Shown here: positions 8,392 to 18,082 of the stretch, one piece after another
Layout: each line of letters begins with the position of its first letter
How positions within the stretch are numbered: position 1 is the first letter of the stretch
Assembly: GCA_045593985.1 (NCBI GenBank)
Contig: JAZNXR010000002.1
Coordinates: 3,790 to 67,789, forward strand
DNA: 64,000 bases
Direction: 5' to 3'
DNA from: Eubacteriales bacterium
GTDB taxonomy: Bacteria; Bacillota; Clostridia; Oscillospirales; CAG-272
Made by a program: the position numbers and the translations under genes
Notes under the pieces: model-generated
The model's database searches: none
Seen by the model: the letters and a program-made list of their open reading frames with translations, nothing else
What the model was told of the DNA's origin: nothing

Positions 8392-10623
8392 GTGGATGAT
8401 AATATAAACAGCGTAGTAAAGAAAGACGGCTTAAGCGAGATCGAAGGCACCGTCGAGCATATAGTTTTCCAGAACGAGGAAAACGGCTATACCGTATGTG
8501 AGCTTGTTCTCGGTGACGAGGATCTCATAACGGCGGTAGGGCAAATGCCCTTCCTCTCGGTCGGAGAAAGCATAAAGGCGCTCGGCGTCTGGACAACGCA
8601 TCCCTCCTTCGGCCGTCAGTTCAAGGTCGAATACTTTGAAAAGCAGCTTCCCGCAAGCGAATCGGCGATAAGAAAATATCTTTCCTCGGGCGCAATAAAG
8701 GGAATCGGCGTCGTGCTTGCCGACAGAATCGTCGACAAATTCGGCTCGGATGCCTTTGACGTGATCGAGAATCACCCCGAATGGCTGACCGACATAAACG
8801 GAATAACGCTCAAAAAGGCAGAGAAGATCTCGGAGCGCTTTAAAGAGGCGTTCGGCGTCCGCTCGGTAATGATGTTCTGCCGTGAGTTTTTCGGCCCTGC
8901 GGCGGCGATAAAGGTATATAAGAAATGGGGCGGAAGCGCGGTTGACGTAATCAAGGCAAACCCGTATAAATTGTGCGAAAGCATACACGGTATAGGCTTT
9001 GAGACCGCCGACAGAATTGCCGCATCTCTCGGCTCAACGAAAAACAATCCCGACCGCCTTCGTGCGGGAATCATATATTTTCTTTCATACAGCGCAAATC
9101 AGAACGGACATACCTTCGTCCCGAAGAATAAGCTGATTCCTGCCGCGTGCAGTATGCTGGAGAGCGATGAGGACGGAACGGAATCGGCGCTCGATGCGCT
9201 TCTGAACGAGGGAACTCTCGTCTCGGTTAAATTCGGCGGACGTGAGGTCATATATTTAAAGGAATATTACGAAGCAGAGCGCTATATATCGGCAAAGCTG
9301 AGCCGTCTTAATAAGCTCTGCGAGCGAGTTTCGCTTCGGGATGCAGACAGATTTGTCGATATGCTCGAATTGGAGCTTGATATAACCTACGCATCAATGC
9401 AGCGAAAAGCAATACTTGATGCAATGGAAAGCGGCGTAATGGTGCTGACAGGAGGCCCCGGAACAGGTAAAACGACGGTTATCCGTGCGCTCATATCGGT
9501 TTTTGAGAAAATGGGAATGAGAATTGCCTTAACTGCTCCGACGGGAAGAGCCGCAAAGAGAATGTCGGAGGCAACCTCCCACGAGGCAAAAACGATACAC
9601 CGCCTTCTCGAAACCGAATTTTCTTCCGACGATAAGCCATCCTTCAGGCGTGACGAGCACGATCTGCTCGATGAGGAGGTTATTATAGTTGACGAAGCGT
9701 CAATGGTCGATACGCTCCTCTTTTCCGCGCTTCTCAAGGCAATAAAGCCGGGAGCAAGACTGATTCTTGTAGGCGATGCCGATCAGCTTCCGTCAGTCGG
9801 TGCGGGAACGGTGCTTTTCGATATTATCGAAAGCGAAAAATATGCATCGGTCGCCTTAAGCGAGATCTTCCGTCAGGCTGCAAGCAGCCTTATCGTCCGC
9901 AATGCACACGCAATAAACCGCGGCGAAATGATAGATATAAAGACGACCGACAGCGACTTCTTCTTTTTGCGCCGCCAGGGAGCAAGCGAAATAGCAGAAA
10001 CGGTCGTATCGCTCGTTGCGGAGCGCTTGCCGAGAAAATACGGCGAGGAAATAATAAATAATATTCAGGTCATAACCCCAACGCATAAGGGCGCATCGGG
10101 AACAGACAACCTCAATATTCTGCTCCAGGCACGCCTTAATCCGCCGAGCAAGAAAAAAGCGGAAAAGAAATTCCGAGAGAGAATTTTCCGAGTCGGCGAT
10201 AAGGTAATGCAAACGAAGAATAACTATGATGCCATCTGGGAAAAGAACGGCATTGAGGGCGTCGGAGTATTCAACGGAGATATCGGGGTTATAACCGATA
10301 TCGACCTCAAGGAAGAAACGATAACCGTCATAACCGACGACCGCAGAGTCGTCTACGACTTTGCGCAGGCAGACGAGCTTGAGCTTGCATACGCAATTAC
10401 CATACACAAAAGTCAGGGAAGCGAATACGGCACGGTTGTGCTTGCGCTATCCGACTTCTCGCCGCGCCTGCTTACAAGAAATCTGCTCTATACAGCGGTA
10501 ACGAGAGCAAAAGATATGGCAGTTGCGGTAGGACAGGAGCAAACGGTCTATAATATGATCAATAACGATCGCCAGGTTCGCCGTTATACAGGACTCGGCT
10601 TCTTTATTAAAGCCGAAGGGTAA
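8392..10623 (+). CDS. recD2: SF1B ATP-dependent RecD-like DNA helicase
   Basis: Walker A GGPGTGKTT, DEASMVD, HhH N-terminal region, C-terminal TIHKSQGSE..YTAVTRAK. Confidence 0.9.
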   Translation: MDDNINSVVKKDGLSEIEGTVEHIVFQNEENGYTVCELVLGDEDLITAVGQMPFLSVGESIKALGVWTTHPSFGRQFKVEYFEKQLPASESAIRKYLSSGAIKGIGVVLADRIVDKFGSDAFDVIENHPEWLTDINGITLKKAEKISERFKEAFGVRSVMMFCREFFGPAAAIKVYKKWGGSAVDVIKANPYKLCESIHGIGFETADRIAASLGSTKNNPDRLRAGIIYFLSYSANQNGHTFVPKNKLIPAACSMLESDEDGTESALDALLNEGTLVSVKFGGREVIYLKEYYEAERYISAKLSRLNKLCERVSLRDADRFVDMLELELDITYASMQRKAILDAMESGVMVLTGGPGTGKTTVIRALISVFEKMGMRIALTAPTGRAAKRMSEATSHEAKTIHRLLETEFSSDDKPSFRRDEHDLLDEEVIIVDEASMVDTLLFSALLKAIKPGARLILVGDADQLPSVGAGTVLFDIIESEKYASVALSEIFRQAASSLIVRNAHAINRGEMIDIKTTDSDFFFLRRQGASEIAETVVSLVAERLPRKYGEEIINNIQVITPTHKGASGTDNLNILLQARLNPPSKKKAEKKFRERIFRVGDKVMQTKNNYDAIWEKNGIEGVGVFNGDIGVITDIDLKEETITVITDDRRVVYDFAQADELELAYAITIHKSQGSEYGTVVLALSDFSPRLLTRNLLYTAVTRAKDMAVAVGQEQTVYNMINNDRQVRRYTGLGFFIKAEG

Positions 10624-10673
10624 GGCAAGAGCGCAAGATAAAATGCACATTCTGCCTTGAAAGGATATAAGAA

Positions 10674-11366
10674 TTGCTTGAATCACTGTTCAATCTCCTC
10701 TTTCCGAGAAAATGCATCGTCTGTAAAAGAATAATCAAAAACAACATCCTTTGCTACGATTGCCGTGAGGAATACGAAAAGGAAATAAACGACGGATGTC
10801 TATCCTGCGGCAATCCTCATAACAAATGCCGCTGTGACTCGCTCTATCTCGAAAACGAAAGAATAATATACGCCCTGCCGTATAAATCGGACGGCGTTTC
10901 AAGAGAAATGCTCTTGAAGCTCAAAACAGCAAAATATAAGCCCCTGATATCTCATTTGACGGATAAAATGGCAGAAGCGTTGAGGGAAAACGGTGTCGAA
11001 GGCGATTACCTTATAACATACGTCCCTCGCTCACCGGGAAGGATCCGCATCGAGGGTGTCGACCAGGCAAAAAATCTCGCCTATGCGCTTGCGGATAAAA
11101 CGAAGTGCGAGATAAAAAACCTCTTTATTTGCCGTGGCGGCATGAAGGAGCAAAAAGCGCTTGAATATAGGGATAGAGATATCAATGCAAGATCACGCTT
11201 TTTCCTGCGCATCGGTGCCGAGGAAATTATAAAGGGCAAAAGGATCGTCCTCGTAGACGATATAATAACGAGTGGCGCAACGGTTAAGATCTGCTCGGAG
11301 CTGCTTCTCGAGTGCGGTGCTACCGATGTGATCTGCCTCGGTGCAGGACGTTCTGTGAAGTATTGA
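10674..11366 (+). CDS. comFC: ComF family protein (phosphoribosyltransferase domain, N-terminal Cys-rich finger)
   Basis: TTG start with SD AAAGGA. CxxC..CxxC N-terminus. PRTase motif VLVDDIITSGAT. Confidence 0.85.
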   Translation: MLESLFNLLFPRKCIVCKRIIKNNILCYDCREEYEKEINDGCLSCGNPHNKCRCDSLYLENERIIYALPYKSDGVSREMLLKLKTAKYKPLISHLTDKMAEALRENGVEGDYLITYVPRSPGRIRIEGVDQAKNLAYALADKTKCEIKNLFICRGGMKEQKALEYRDRDINARSRFFLRIGAEEIIKGKRIVLVDDIITSGATVKICSELLLECGATDVICLGAGRSVKY

Positions 11367-11414
11367 ATACACGAGCCCCCGAGAGGGAGGCAAAAACCCA
11401 TTAAGGAGAATTCC

Positions 11415-12347
11415 ATGAAAAAGAAATTCGGAGCCGATATCGGTTACAATAAAGTAAGAATAATCCTCGACGGAAGCGATAAGGTCTATTCCGAGGCGGC
11501 TGTTGTAGCCGTCAGCGTGGCAGACGGCACGGTCGTTGCCTGCGGAGACAGCGCGATCGCAATTAACGAAAGAGTTCCGGGAAGCGTTAAGCTCGTTCGT
11601 CCCTTTTCGGGCGAAATGACACCCGAGGCGCAGTACGTCACAGCATATTTTTCATACGTCATGAAGCTTTTGAAAATGAAGGGCGCAACGATGCTCGTAG
11701 CGATATCGGGCGCAAAGGACGAGGAAACTGAGAGCGTCTATGTAAATGCGCTTGTCAAGGCAGGCGCGAAAAGAGTTTCGGTAGTCGATTCAGTATACGC
11801 TGCGGCTCTCGGCTGCGGAGTGCTGAACGTATCGGACTCCGCCGTTATCAATATCGGCGCATCGGTAACGGATATGGCTTGCTATGAAAGAAACACGCAG
11901 GTCGCATCACGAAGCAATCCCTATGCAGGTAATGCCTTCGACCGTGCGATCATTGCGGGAATTACGAAAAATCGCCGCTACCGCCCGACACAAAGCGAAG
12001 CGGAACGCCTGAAGGTAGAGCTTGCATCGCTCTCGGGCGTTGGCGAAAAAACGCTCGAAATTGACGCCATACGCCCCGGAATCGGTCTGCCGAAAAAGCT
12101 GACGGTTAACGAATCAGAGGTGTCCTCCGCCTGCGAAACGGTCTTTGAAAACCTCGCAGACAGCATAACCGATATGCTTTATTCGCTGAAAAAGCAACCC
12201 GACAAAATCATTCTCACGGGCGGCACAGCCTCCCTTAAAGGCCTGCCGAACGCCCTTGCTCCGCTTGTGCTTCTGCCGATAGAGGTCGCATCGGAGCCGG
12301 AAAACGCCGTTATCCGCGGAATAGGACAAATGCTTGATCAGATATGA
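11415..12347 (+). CDS. MreB/actin-like ATPase-fold protein with degenerate nucleotide-binding motifs
   Basis: Aligns by eye along its whole length with MreB (VRPF..G, LTGGTA, ASEPENAVIRGIG). Phosphate loops read DIGYNKV and NIGASVT instead of DLGTANT and DIGGGTT. Confidence 0.7.
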   Translation: MKKKFGADIGYNKVRIILDGSDKVYSEAAVVAVSVADGTVVACGDSAIAINERVPGSVKLVRPFSGEMTPEAQYVTAYFSYVMKLLKMKGATMLVAISGAKDEETESVYVNALVKAGAKRVSVVDSVYAAALGCGVLNVSDSAVINIGASVTDMACYERNTQVASRSNPYAGNAFDRAIIAGITKNRRYRPTQSEAERLKVELASLSGVGEKTLEIDAIRPGIGLPKKLTVNESEVSSACETVFENLADSITDMLYSLKKQPDKIILTGGTASLKGLPNALAPLVLLPIEVASEPENAVIRGIGQMLDQI

Positions 12348-13018
12348 AAATAATAACCGAAAATTCCTTAAATGACGAAATAAAAGAAGAATATTCCGTT
12401 CTTTGGCCAATAAGCATTGAGCTTAAAGACGGAGCTATCACCGCAAGAGTAGCAGAGGAAATTGCCTCAAAGCTCGATTTTCTTGACGGAATGACGGAAG
12501 ATGAGCTTGCTAAACAGGAAACGATCGACAGAATCATATCCCTTGTTGAAGCTCAATGCGAGCAAAACGGATACGATATAAACTACGGTAAAAACTGTAT
12601 CTATAAATTGACTCGCCGAGAGGACGTAAAGAAAAGCCTTATCCTCGATTCCTCCGAGGTTTTGATGCCCGAAGGGGAATACGAAAGCCTGATCGACGTT
12701 GACGTTACAGCACTTGAAAGCGGATGCCTTGCATTTGCAACCGTCATTGACGGCGTGATAGTCTCGATCGCCTCCGAAAATCCTTACCGCGAGGATGAAA
12801 ACACCGTGAATATCGGTGTCGAAACGGCAGACGGATATACGAAAAAGGGCTACGGCGCATCAAACGTCGCCGCGCTGTCCTACTATCTGCTCGATACCGG
12901 AATGACCGTCGAATATACAGTCGACAATCAGAACGAGGCATCAATTCGGCTTGCCGAAAGAGTAGGCTTTGAAAAGGATCGCTTCGTAATAAATGTTTTT
13001 GCACATAAGCAGGAGTAA
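12344..13018 (+). CDS. GNAT family N-acetyltransferase (C-terminal domain) with uncharacterised N-terminal region
   Basis: ATGA overlap with the upstream gene. C-terminal GYGASNVAAL..NEASIRLAERVGF is GNAT motif A/B-like. Confidence 0.65.
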   Translation: MKIITENSLNDEIKEEYSVLWPISIELKDGAITARVAEEIASKLDFLDGMTEDELAKQETIDRIISLVEAQCEQNGYDINYGKNCIYKLTRREDVKKSLILDSSEVLMPEGEYESLIDVDVTALESGCLAFATVIDGVIVSIASENPYREDENTVNIGVETADGYTKKGYGASNVAALSYYLLDTGMTVEYTVDNQNEASIRLAERVGFEKDRFVINVFAHKQE

Positions 13019-13021
13019 GAA

Positions 13022-14764
13022 ATGGCATTTGACGCCGCATTTACCTCGGCAATAGCAGCTGAACTGTCAGGCCTATGCGTCGGCGCAAGAGTTGAAAAGC
13101 TCTTTCAGCCGTCAAAGGACAGCCTGATATTGAATTTGCGACTTGACCGTGACCGCGCGAAGGAGGGCGAACAAAACCGCCGCCTTCTTATCGACTGCGG
13201 AACGACAAGTCCGAGAATCTGCTTTACCGAGAATGAATTTGAAAATCCGAAAACACCGCCGATGCTCTGTATGCTTCTTCGTAAGCATCTGACGTCTGCG
13301 AAAATAATAGAAATAAAGCAGCTCGGCTTCGAAAGAGTAATTGAAATAACCTTCGAAAGCCGAGACGAGCTTGGCTACCTCTCAAATAAGTACATATACG
13401 CCGAGCTGATGGGTAAATTCAGCAACCTCGTATTTTGTAATGCCGAAAAGAGAGTAGTGGCTGCCTTCCACCTGACCGACCTGTCATCAGGCGTAAAGCG
13501 CCCGCTTGTTTCGGGAATGACCTATGAGCTTCCTCCCCCGCAGGAGGGCAAGATCTCCCCTCTGAGTGAGACGGAGGACGGCTTTATTTCAGCCCTTAAA
13601 GAAAGTGGCATCACCCATGCAAAATTTCTGCAAAGCCGCTATCTTGGCTTGTCGCCGCTAATCTGCCGTGAGCTGTCCTTCCGTGCAAACGGCTCGGACG
13701 ATGGCTTGAAAAAGGAATTTTTCGATCTTACGAAAAGAATAAACGAGGGCGACTATATCCCAACGCTGATAAAAACCCCCGAGGGAAAACCGCTCGAATA
13801 TTCCTTTATGCCGATAACGCAGTACGAAAACGGCGCAAAAACGGAGGAAAAGGAAAGCTTCTCGGCGCTGATTGACAGCTTTTTTGCCGAGCGAAGCCGA
13901 GCTGAACGCATAAAGCAGCGTGCTTCTGATATTTTAAAGCTGCTGACAAACGCCGAAAGCCGACTGACAAGGCGAATCTTGCTCCAGGAGGATGAGCTTT
14001 CCCTTTGCGCCGACAAGGAGCAGTTTAAAAGGTACGGCGACCTGATAACGTCAAACCTGTATCTCTTAAAACGCGGGATGACGGAGGCTACGGTAATCGA
14101 CTATTATGACGAAAGCTGTCCGGAGGTTGTTATAACCCTCGACAGCCGCCTTAGTCCATCGCAAAACGCACAGAGATATTATAAAAGGTATAATAAATGC
14201 AAATCGGCGGAAATTCACCTCCGAGAGCAAATTGCCAAGGGCAGAGAGGAGCTGCAATACCTCGACACCGTCTTTGATTCCCTCACTCGTGCCGAGACCG
14301 AGGCGGATCTGAATGAAATTCGCCGTGAGCTTTACGAATCGGGCTATGCAAGCAGGATGAAAAATTATACGGCATCAAAAATGTCAGCCCCCAAGCCGCT
14401 TGAATTCAGAACGGCAGGCGGCTGGAGAGTACTCTGCGGCAAAAACAACGCTCAAAACGATTACATTACCCACAAGGTGGCAGGCAAGGGCGATATCTGG
14501 TTTCACATCAAGGATTATCCCGGCTCCCACGTCGTGCTTATTTGCGACGGAGCCGAGCCCGATGCCATCGACTTTACCGAGGCCGCAACCGTTGCCGCCG
14601 TATATTCAAAGGCGCCTCTCGGTCAGCGTGTAACGGTCGATTATACCCGTATAAAAAATATCAAAAAGCCGCCCGCATCAAAGCCGGGCTACGTAACCTT
14701 CAGTACAAATTACTCGGCATACGTAATAAACGATCCGAAAAACCTCCCCGAACAGGTGAAATAG
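13022..14764 (+). CDS. rqcH: NFACT-family ribosome quality control protein (fibronectin-binding protein A homolog)
   Basis: NFACT-N start MAFDAAF..L, coiled-coil middle, NFACT-R DIWFH..PGSHVV motif. Confidence 0.9.
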   Translation: MAFDAAFTSAIAAELSGLCVGARVEKLFQPSKDSLILNLRLDRDRAKEGEQNRRLLIDCGTTSPRICFTENEFENPKTPPMLCMLLRKHLTSAKIIEIKQLGFERVIEITFESRDELGYLSNKYIYAELMGKFSNLVFCNAEKRVVAAFHLTDLSSGVKRPLVSGMTYELPPPQEGKISPLSETEDGFISALKESGITHAKFLQSRYLGLSPLICRELSFRANGSDDGLKKEFFDLTKRINEGDYIPTLIKTPEGKPLEYSFMPITQYENGAKTEEKESFSALIDSFFAERSRAERIKQRASDILKLLTNAESRLTRRILLQEDELSLCADKEQFKRYGDLITSNLYLLKRGMTEATVIDYYDESCPEVVITLDSRLSPSQNAQRYYKRYNKCKSAEIHLREQIAKGREELQYLDTVFDSLTRAETEADLNEIRRELYESGYASRMKNYTASKMSAPKPLEFRTAGGWRVLCGKNNAQNDYITHKVAGKGDIWFHIKDYPGSHVVLICDGAEPDAIDFTEAATVAAVYSKAPLGQRVTVDYTRIKNIKKPPASKPGYVTFSTNYSAYVINDPKNLPEQVK

Positions 14765-14812
14765 TTGCGCTCGCAAATATTTGATCGTATGTAACCTATG
14801 CAATACGCAAAT

Positions 14813-14951
14813 GTAGGGACAGGCGTCCTCGACTGTCCGTGCGGGATAAATGAATCTTTATTCAACGCAAACGTTCAAATATTTCCGTATAAATTAACCG
14901 TTTTGATAAACCAAAACGTGGTAACGGACGGTCGAGGACGCCCGTCCCTAC
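14813..14951. repeat. R1 inverted doublet (REPIN-like): two GTAG-headed hairpins, 87-bp spacer
   Basis: 14813-14838 is GTAGGGACAGGCGTCCTCGACTGTCC. Reverse complement of 14926-14951 is GTAGGGACGGGCGTCCTCGACCGTCC. Confidence 0.85.
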
Positions 14952-14993
14952 AAATTAATTTCCCCGAAATTTCACAAATGAAAGGAACTCATC

Positions 14994-15923
14994 ATGGACT
15001 CCAAAATTACTTATTCCGTATCCCTCGGACAAATAATCGATGAATTTCAGCTTGAGGAAATAACCCCCGCAGTCGACCGTGAGCGACTTATTCACAGAAG
15101 TGAGGTAAACCGTCCGGGACTTGCCCTAGCAGGTCATTTCGGCTACTTTGAGCCGGGAAGAATACAGATAGTCGGAACAAGCGAATCCGACTACATAAGC
15201 CATATTCCGGACGATAAAAAGGCAGAGGTCTTTGATAACTTCTTCTCGAAAAACCCTGTCGCTGTCGTATTTTCGACGTCGCTCCCCGTGCCGAATGAAA
15301 TGATCGAATCGGCAAACCGTTACGGAGTGCCGATCCTTCGCACCTCGCACAGAACCTCGGAATTTATGGCAGCGCTAATCGGCTCGCTCAGCGTAAGCTT
15401 GGCGCCCCGCATCACCCGTCACGGCGTCCTCGTCGAGGTCTACGGCGAAGGTCTGCTTATTCTCGGTGACAGCGGAATCGGTAAGAGCGAAACCGCAATC
15501 GAGCTTGTAAAGCGCGGACACCGTCTTATTGCAGACGATGCTGTCGAAATCAAGAAGGTCTCGGCAAAAACCCTCGTTGGCTCTGCTCCCGAGCTGATAC
15601 GTCATTACGTTGAGCTTCGCGGAATCGGAATCGTCGACGTCAAGCGCATTTTCGGTATGGGCTCGGTCAAGGATACCGAGAAGATAGATATGCTTATCAA
15701 CCTTGAGCCGTGGGTGCAGGGCAAGATGTACGACCGCTTCGGTCTTGAAGCGGAATATACCGACATCATGGGCATAATGGTGCCGACAACGGTTATTCCC
15801 GTCCGTCCGGGACGAAATCTTGCGGTCATTCTTGAAATTGCGGCAATGAACAACCGTCAGAAGAAGATGGGCTACGATACCGCAAAGGAATTCAACGAAC
15901 GTCTTATGAATATGATGATGTAA
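14994..15923 (+). CDS. hprK: HPr kinase/phosphorylase
   Basis: Walker-type GDSGIGKSE, LIADD, and EIRGLGI-like ELRGIGIVDV signature. Confidence 0.95.
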   Translation: MDSKITYSVSLGQIIDEFQLEEITPAVDRERLIHRSEVNRPGLALAGHFGYFEPGRIQIVGTSESDYISHIPDDKKAEVFDNFFSKNPVAVVFSTSLPVPNEMIESANRYGVPILRTSHRTSEFMAALIGSLSVSLAPRITRHGVLVEVYGEGLLILGDSGIGKSETAIELVKRGHRLIADDAVEIKKVSAKTLVGSAPELIRHYVELRGIGIVDVKRIFGMGSVKDTEKIDMLINLEPWVQGKMYDRFGLEAEYTDIMGIMVPTTVIPVRPGRNLAVILEIAAMNNRQKKMGYDTAKEFNERLMNMMM

Positions 15924-15949
15924 AAAAATAAAAAATCAGGAGGAAGAAA

Positions 15950-17416
15950 ATGAAAAAGCTGTTTACTGTTTTATTATTGATTTTTTCTCTTTCGGCAATT
16001 CTTATCTCGTGCGACGAGCGCGACTCAAACTGCGATCACGAGCTTGCGGCGGTCCCCTATAAGGAGGCGACCTGTCAGGAAGGCGGCAACCGTGCGCACT
16101 ATAAGTGCGGAAAGTGCGGCAAGACCTTTGCCGACGAAAAGGGCGAGAAGCTTCTTTCTGCGGATAAGGTCTACTTTGAAAAGGTTGAACACACAAATGA
16201 AGGCAACGGCTTTGCCTGCAGATACTGCGGCATTCCTTATGCCAGAGCATATGCCGATGAGATCTCATTCGCTAACGTCACCGCAAACACTCCCGAGCAG
16301 ATCACAGGCGGAATGGCTATGCTGATGGGCAAGGGGGTAAAGAAGATCCATATTTACGGCACTCTTACCTCGGAGCAGATAAAGGCAATGGCTGACGGAC
16401 TCAGCGGTAATGGCGGCGACCTCGTTATAATTTTCCACGACGTTGAAACCGTCGGCGAAGAATTCAACGGAAAGGAAGCGCTCCCCGGTTACGTTATTCT
16501 TAAAGACAAGATAGCAGTTCATAACGAAAACGGACTCAACTACTGGAACACCGTAAATAAGAAGTACAGTCTCTATCTCACCTCCGATATAACGATGACT
16601 GTCCCCGAGGGCAGCGGAAGCAACTGGAAGCCGGTACACCTTGAAACTCATATCTACGGTAACGGCTACAAGATCAAGGGACTTCGAATCGTAAATCCCG
16701 AATACGACGATTTGGCAGGTTATGCGGCGGGCTTCTGCTACGGTATGAAGCAGGACTACTCGACGATAACCGATCTTCATTTTGTTGACGCATACGTCAA
16801 AGCGACGGGTGAAGGCGGCTATGCAGGAATTATCTCGGCATCGGCCTGGAAGGGCGCAGTTATAAGCGGCTGCAGCGTATCGGGCGAGGTCATCGGCACT
16901 CATCAGGTCGGCGGCATCGTCGGTATAGGAAGCGGAGATATTATCGGCTGCGTTAATAATGCGGCGGTAACAGCGACCGAAAATACGGCAGGCGGTATTG
17001 TCGGACAGAGCAGCGGAAATGTTATAGGCTGTGTTAACTACGGAACGGTTAAATGCACCAATACCGAATACGGCGGCGCGGGCGGCATCGTCGGCTCTGC
17101 TACGAACGGCTCCGTTGTCGGTTGTGTAAACCTTGGAAGCGTCAGCGTAAGCGGAGCAAATTCTGCTGCGGGCGGCGTTGCATTTATGATTCCGAGCTTC
17201 GTTGAAGGAAGCACCAACTTCTGGCAGAAGAACGGTAACGTAAAGTACGGTATCGGTGACACCTCCTCCAATAAAGAGGCGACCGAGATCAAGGGAAGTA
17301 CTACCTTTGAGACCGCAGTTAACGCAGTAAATGCGAAGCTTGAGGAAAAGGGAATCACCTACCGACTCGTTCTGACAAACGATTCGGCTTGTCCTGTCGG
17401 TGTAAAGCGCAGCTGA
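15950..17416 (+). CDS. lipoprotein with Cys-rich N-terminal region and GLUG-motif repeats
   Basis: Lipobox LISC. Repeated GGIVG..G.V..C.N.G motifs. Strong SD AGGAGG. Confidence 0.7.
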   Translation: MKKLFTVLLLIFSLSAILISCDERDSNCDHELAAVPYKEATCQEGGNRAHYKCGKCGKTFADEKGEKLLSADKVYFEKVEHTNEGNGFACRYCGIPYARAYADEISFANVTANTPEQITGGMAMLMGKGVKKIHIYGTLTSEQIKAMADGLSGNGGDLVIIFHDVETVGEEFNGKEALPGYVILKDKIAVHNENGLNYWNTVNKKYSLYLTSDITMTVPEGSGSNWKPVHLETHIYGNGYKIKGLRIVNPEYDDLAGYAAGFCYGMKQDYSTITDLHFVDAYVKATGEGGYAGIISASAWKGAVISGCSVSGEVIGTHQVGGIVGIGSGDIIGCVNNAAVTATENTAGGIVGQSSGNVIGCVNYGTVKCTNTEYGGAGGIVGSATNGSVVGCVNLGSVSVSGANSAAGGVAFMIPSFVEGSTNFWQKNGNVKYGIGDTSSNKEATEIKGSTTFETAVNAVNAKLEEKGITYRLVLTNDSACPVGVKRS

Positions 17417-17439
17417 TACAAAAAAATCGCAGAAACCCC

Positions 17440-17468
17440 TTGATATATAGTGAAAAATGTGGTACAAT
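17440..17468 (+). promoter_or_regulatory. sigma-A type promoter of hup
   Basis: TTGATA, 17-nt spacer, TGG-TACAAT (extended -10). Confidence 0.6.
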
Positions 17469-17553
17469 ACATGTAGTATTCCACAGTAGGCATGCCGTCC
17501 GTCGGCGGAATGCTGAAGAAATAATTTAACCGACGGAGAATATGAGGTTTATT

Positions 17554-17826
17554 ATGAACAAGACAGAACTTATCGCAGCAGTAGCAGCAAAGACCGGACT
17601 CAAGAAGAAGGACGCAGAAGCAGCAGTAGCAGCAGTGCTTTCCACCGTTGCTGACGAGCTTTCCGCAGGCAACAAGGTTCAGCTTATCGGCTTTGGTACC
17701 TTCGAGGTTAAGGAAAGAGCAGCAAGAGACGGCCGCAACCCCTTCACAGGCGAAGCTATCAAGATCGCAGCAGTTAAGCGCCCCGTATTCACTGCAGGCG
17801 CAGCTCTCAAGAACCAGGTTAAATAA
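17554..17826 (+). CDS. hup: HU family DNA-binding protein
   Basis: [26 protein letters not shown]. The ATG at 17554 has GAGG 6 nt upstream; the track start at 17542 lacks proper SD spacing. Confidence 0.95.
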   Translation: MNKTELIAAVAAKTGLKKKDAEAAVAAVLSTVADELSAGNKVQLIGFGTFEVKERAARDGRNPFTGEAIKIAAVKRPVFTAGAALKNQVK

Positions 17827-17828
17827 TT

Positions 17829-18071
17829 ATGCGCTTGGACAAGTATCTTAAGGTCTCACGCCTGATCAAGCGCCGCACCGTCGCAAACGATGCGTGCGAT
17901 AACGCAAGAGTAACGGTGAACGGAAAAAGCGCAAAGGCATCCTATGATGTCAAGCTGAACGACGTTATCGAGATCTCCTTTGGCGAGCGTTCGCTTAAGG
18001 TGAGGGTACTTGACGTAAAGGAGCATACTGCGAAAGCGGATGCTTCGTCACTCTATGAAGTGACTTCATAA
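17829..18071 (+). CDS. yabO: S4-domain RNA-binding protein
   Basis: MRLDKYLKVSRLIKRRT S4 motif; sits directly upstream of yabP-yabQ-divIC, as in Bacillus. Confidence 0.8.
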   Translation: MRLDKYLKVSRLIKRRTVANDACDNARVTVNGKSAKASYDVKLNDVIEISFGERSLKVRVLDVKEHTAKADASSLYEVTS

Positions 18072-18082
18072 CCTAAATCATA

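Noticed and set aside
8392-11366. RecD2 helicase plus ComF as a possible defence or competence island
   Set aside because: Both are standard housekeeping genes in Firmicutes, with conserved neighbours (truB upstream). No nuclease, methyltransferase, toxin or mobile-element genes accompany them.
14798-15043. Short ORFs lying on repeats: 14798-15043, 1256-1579, 1125-1535, 36569-36883, 42485-42667, 44999-45241, 62248-62940, 62685-62891, 62841-63062, 220-441
   Set aside because: They coincide with R1-R4 repeat copies, lack an SD, and their 'protein' similarity to each other is just the nucleotide repeat read in arbitrary frames.
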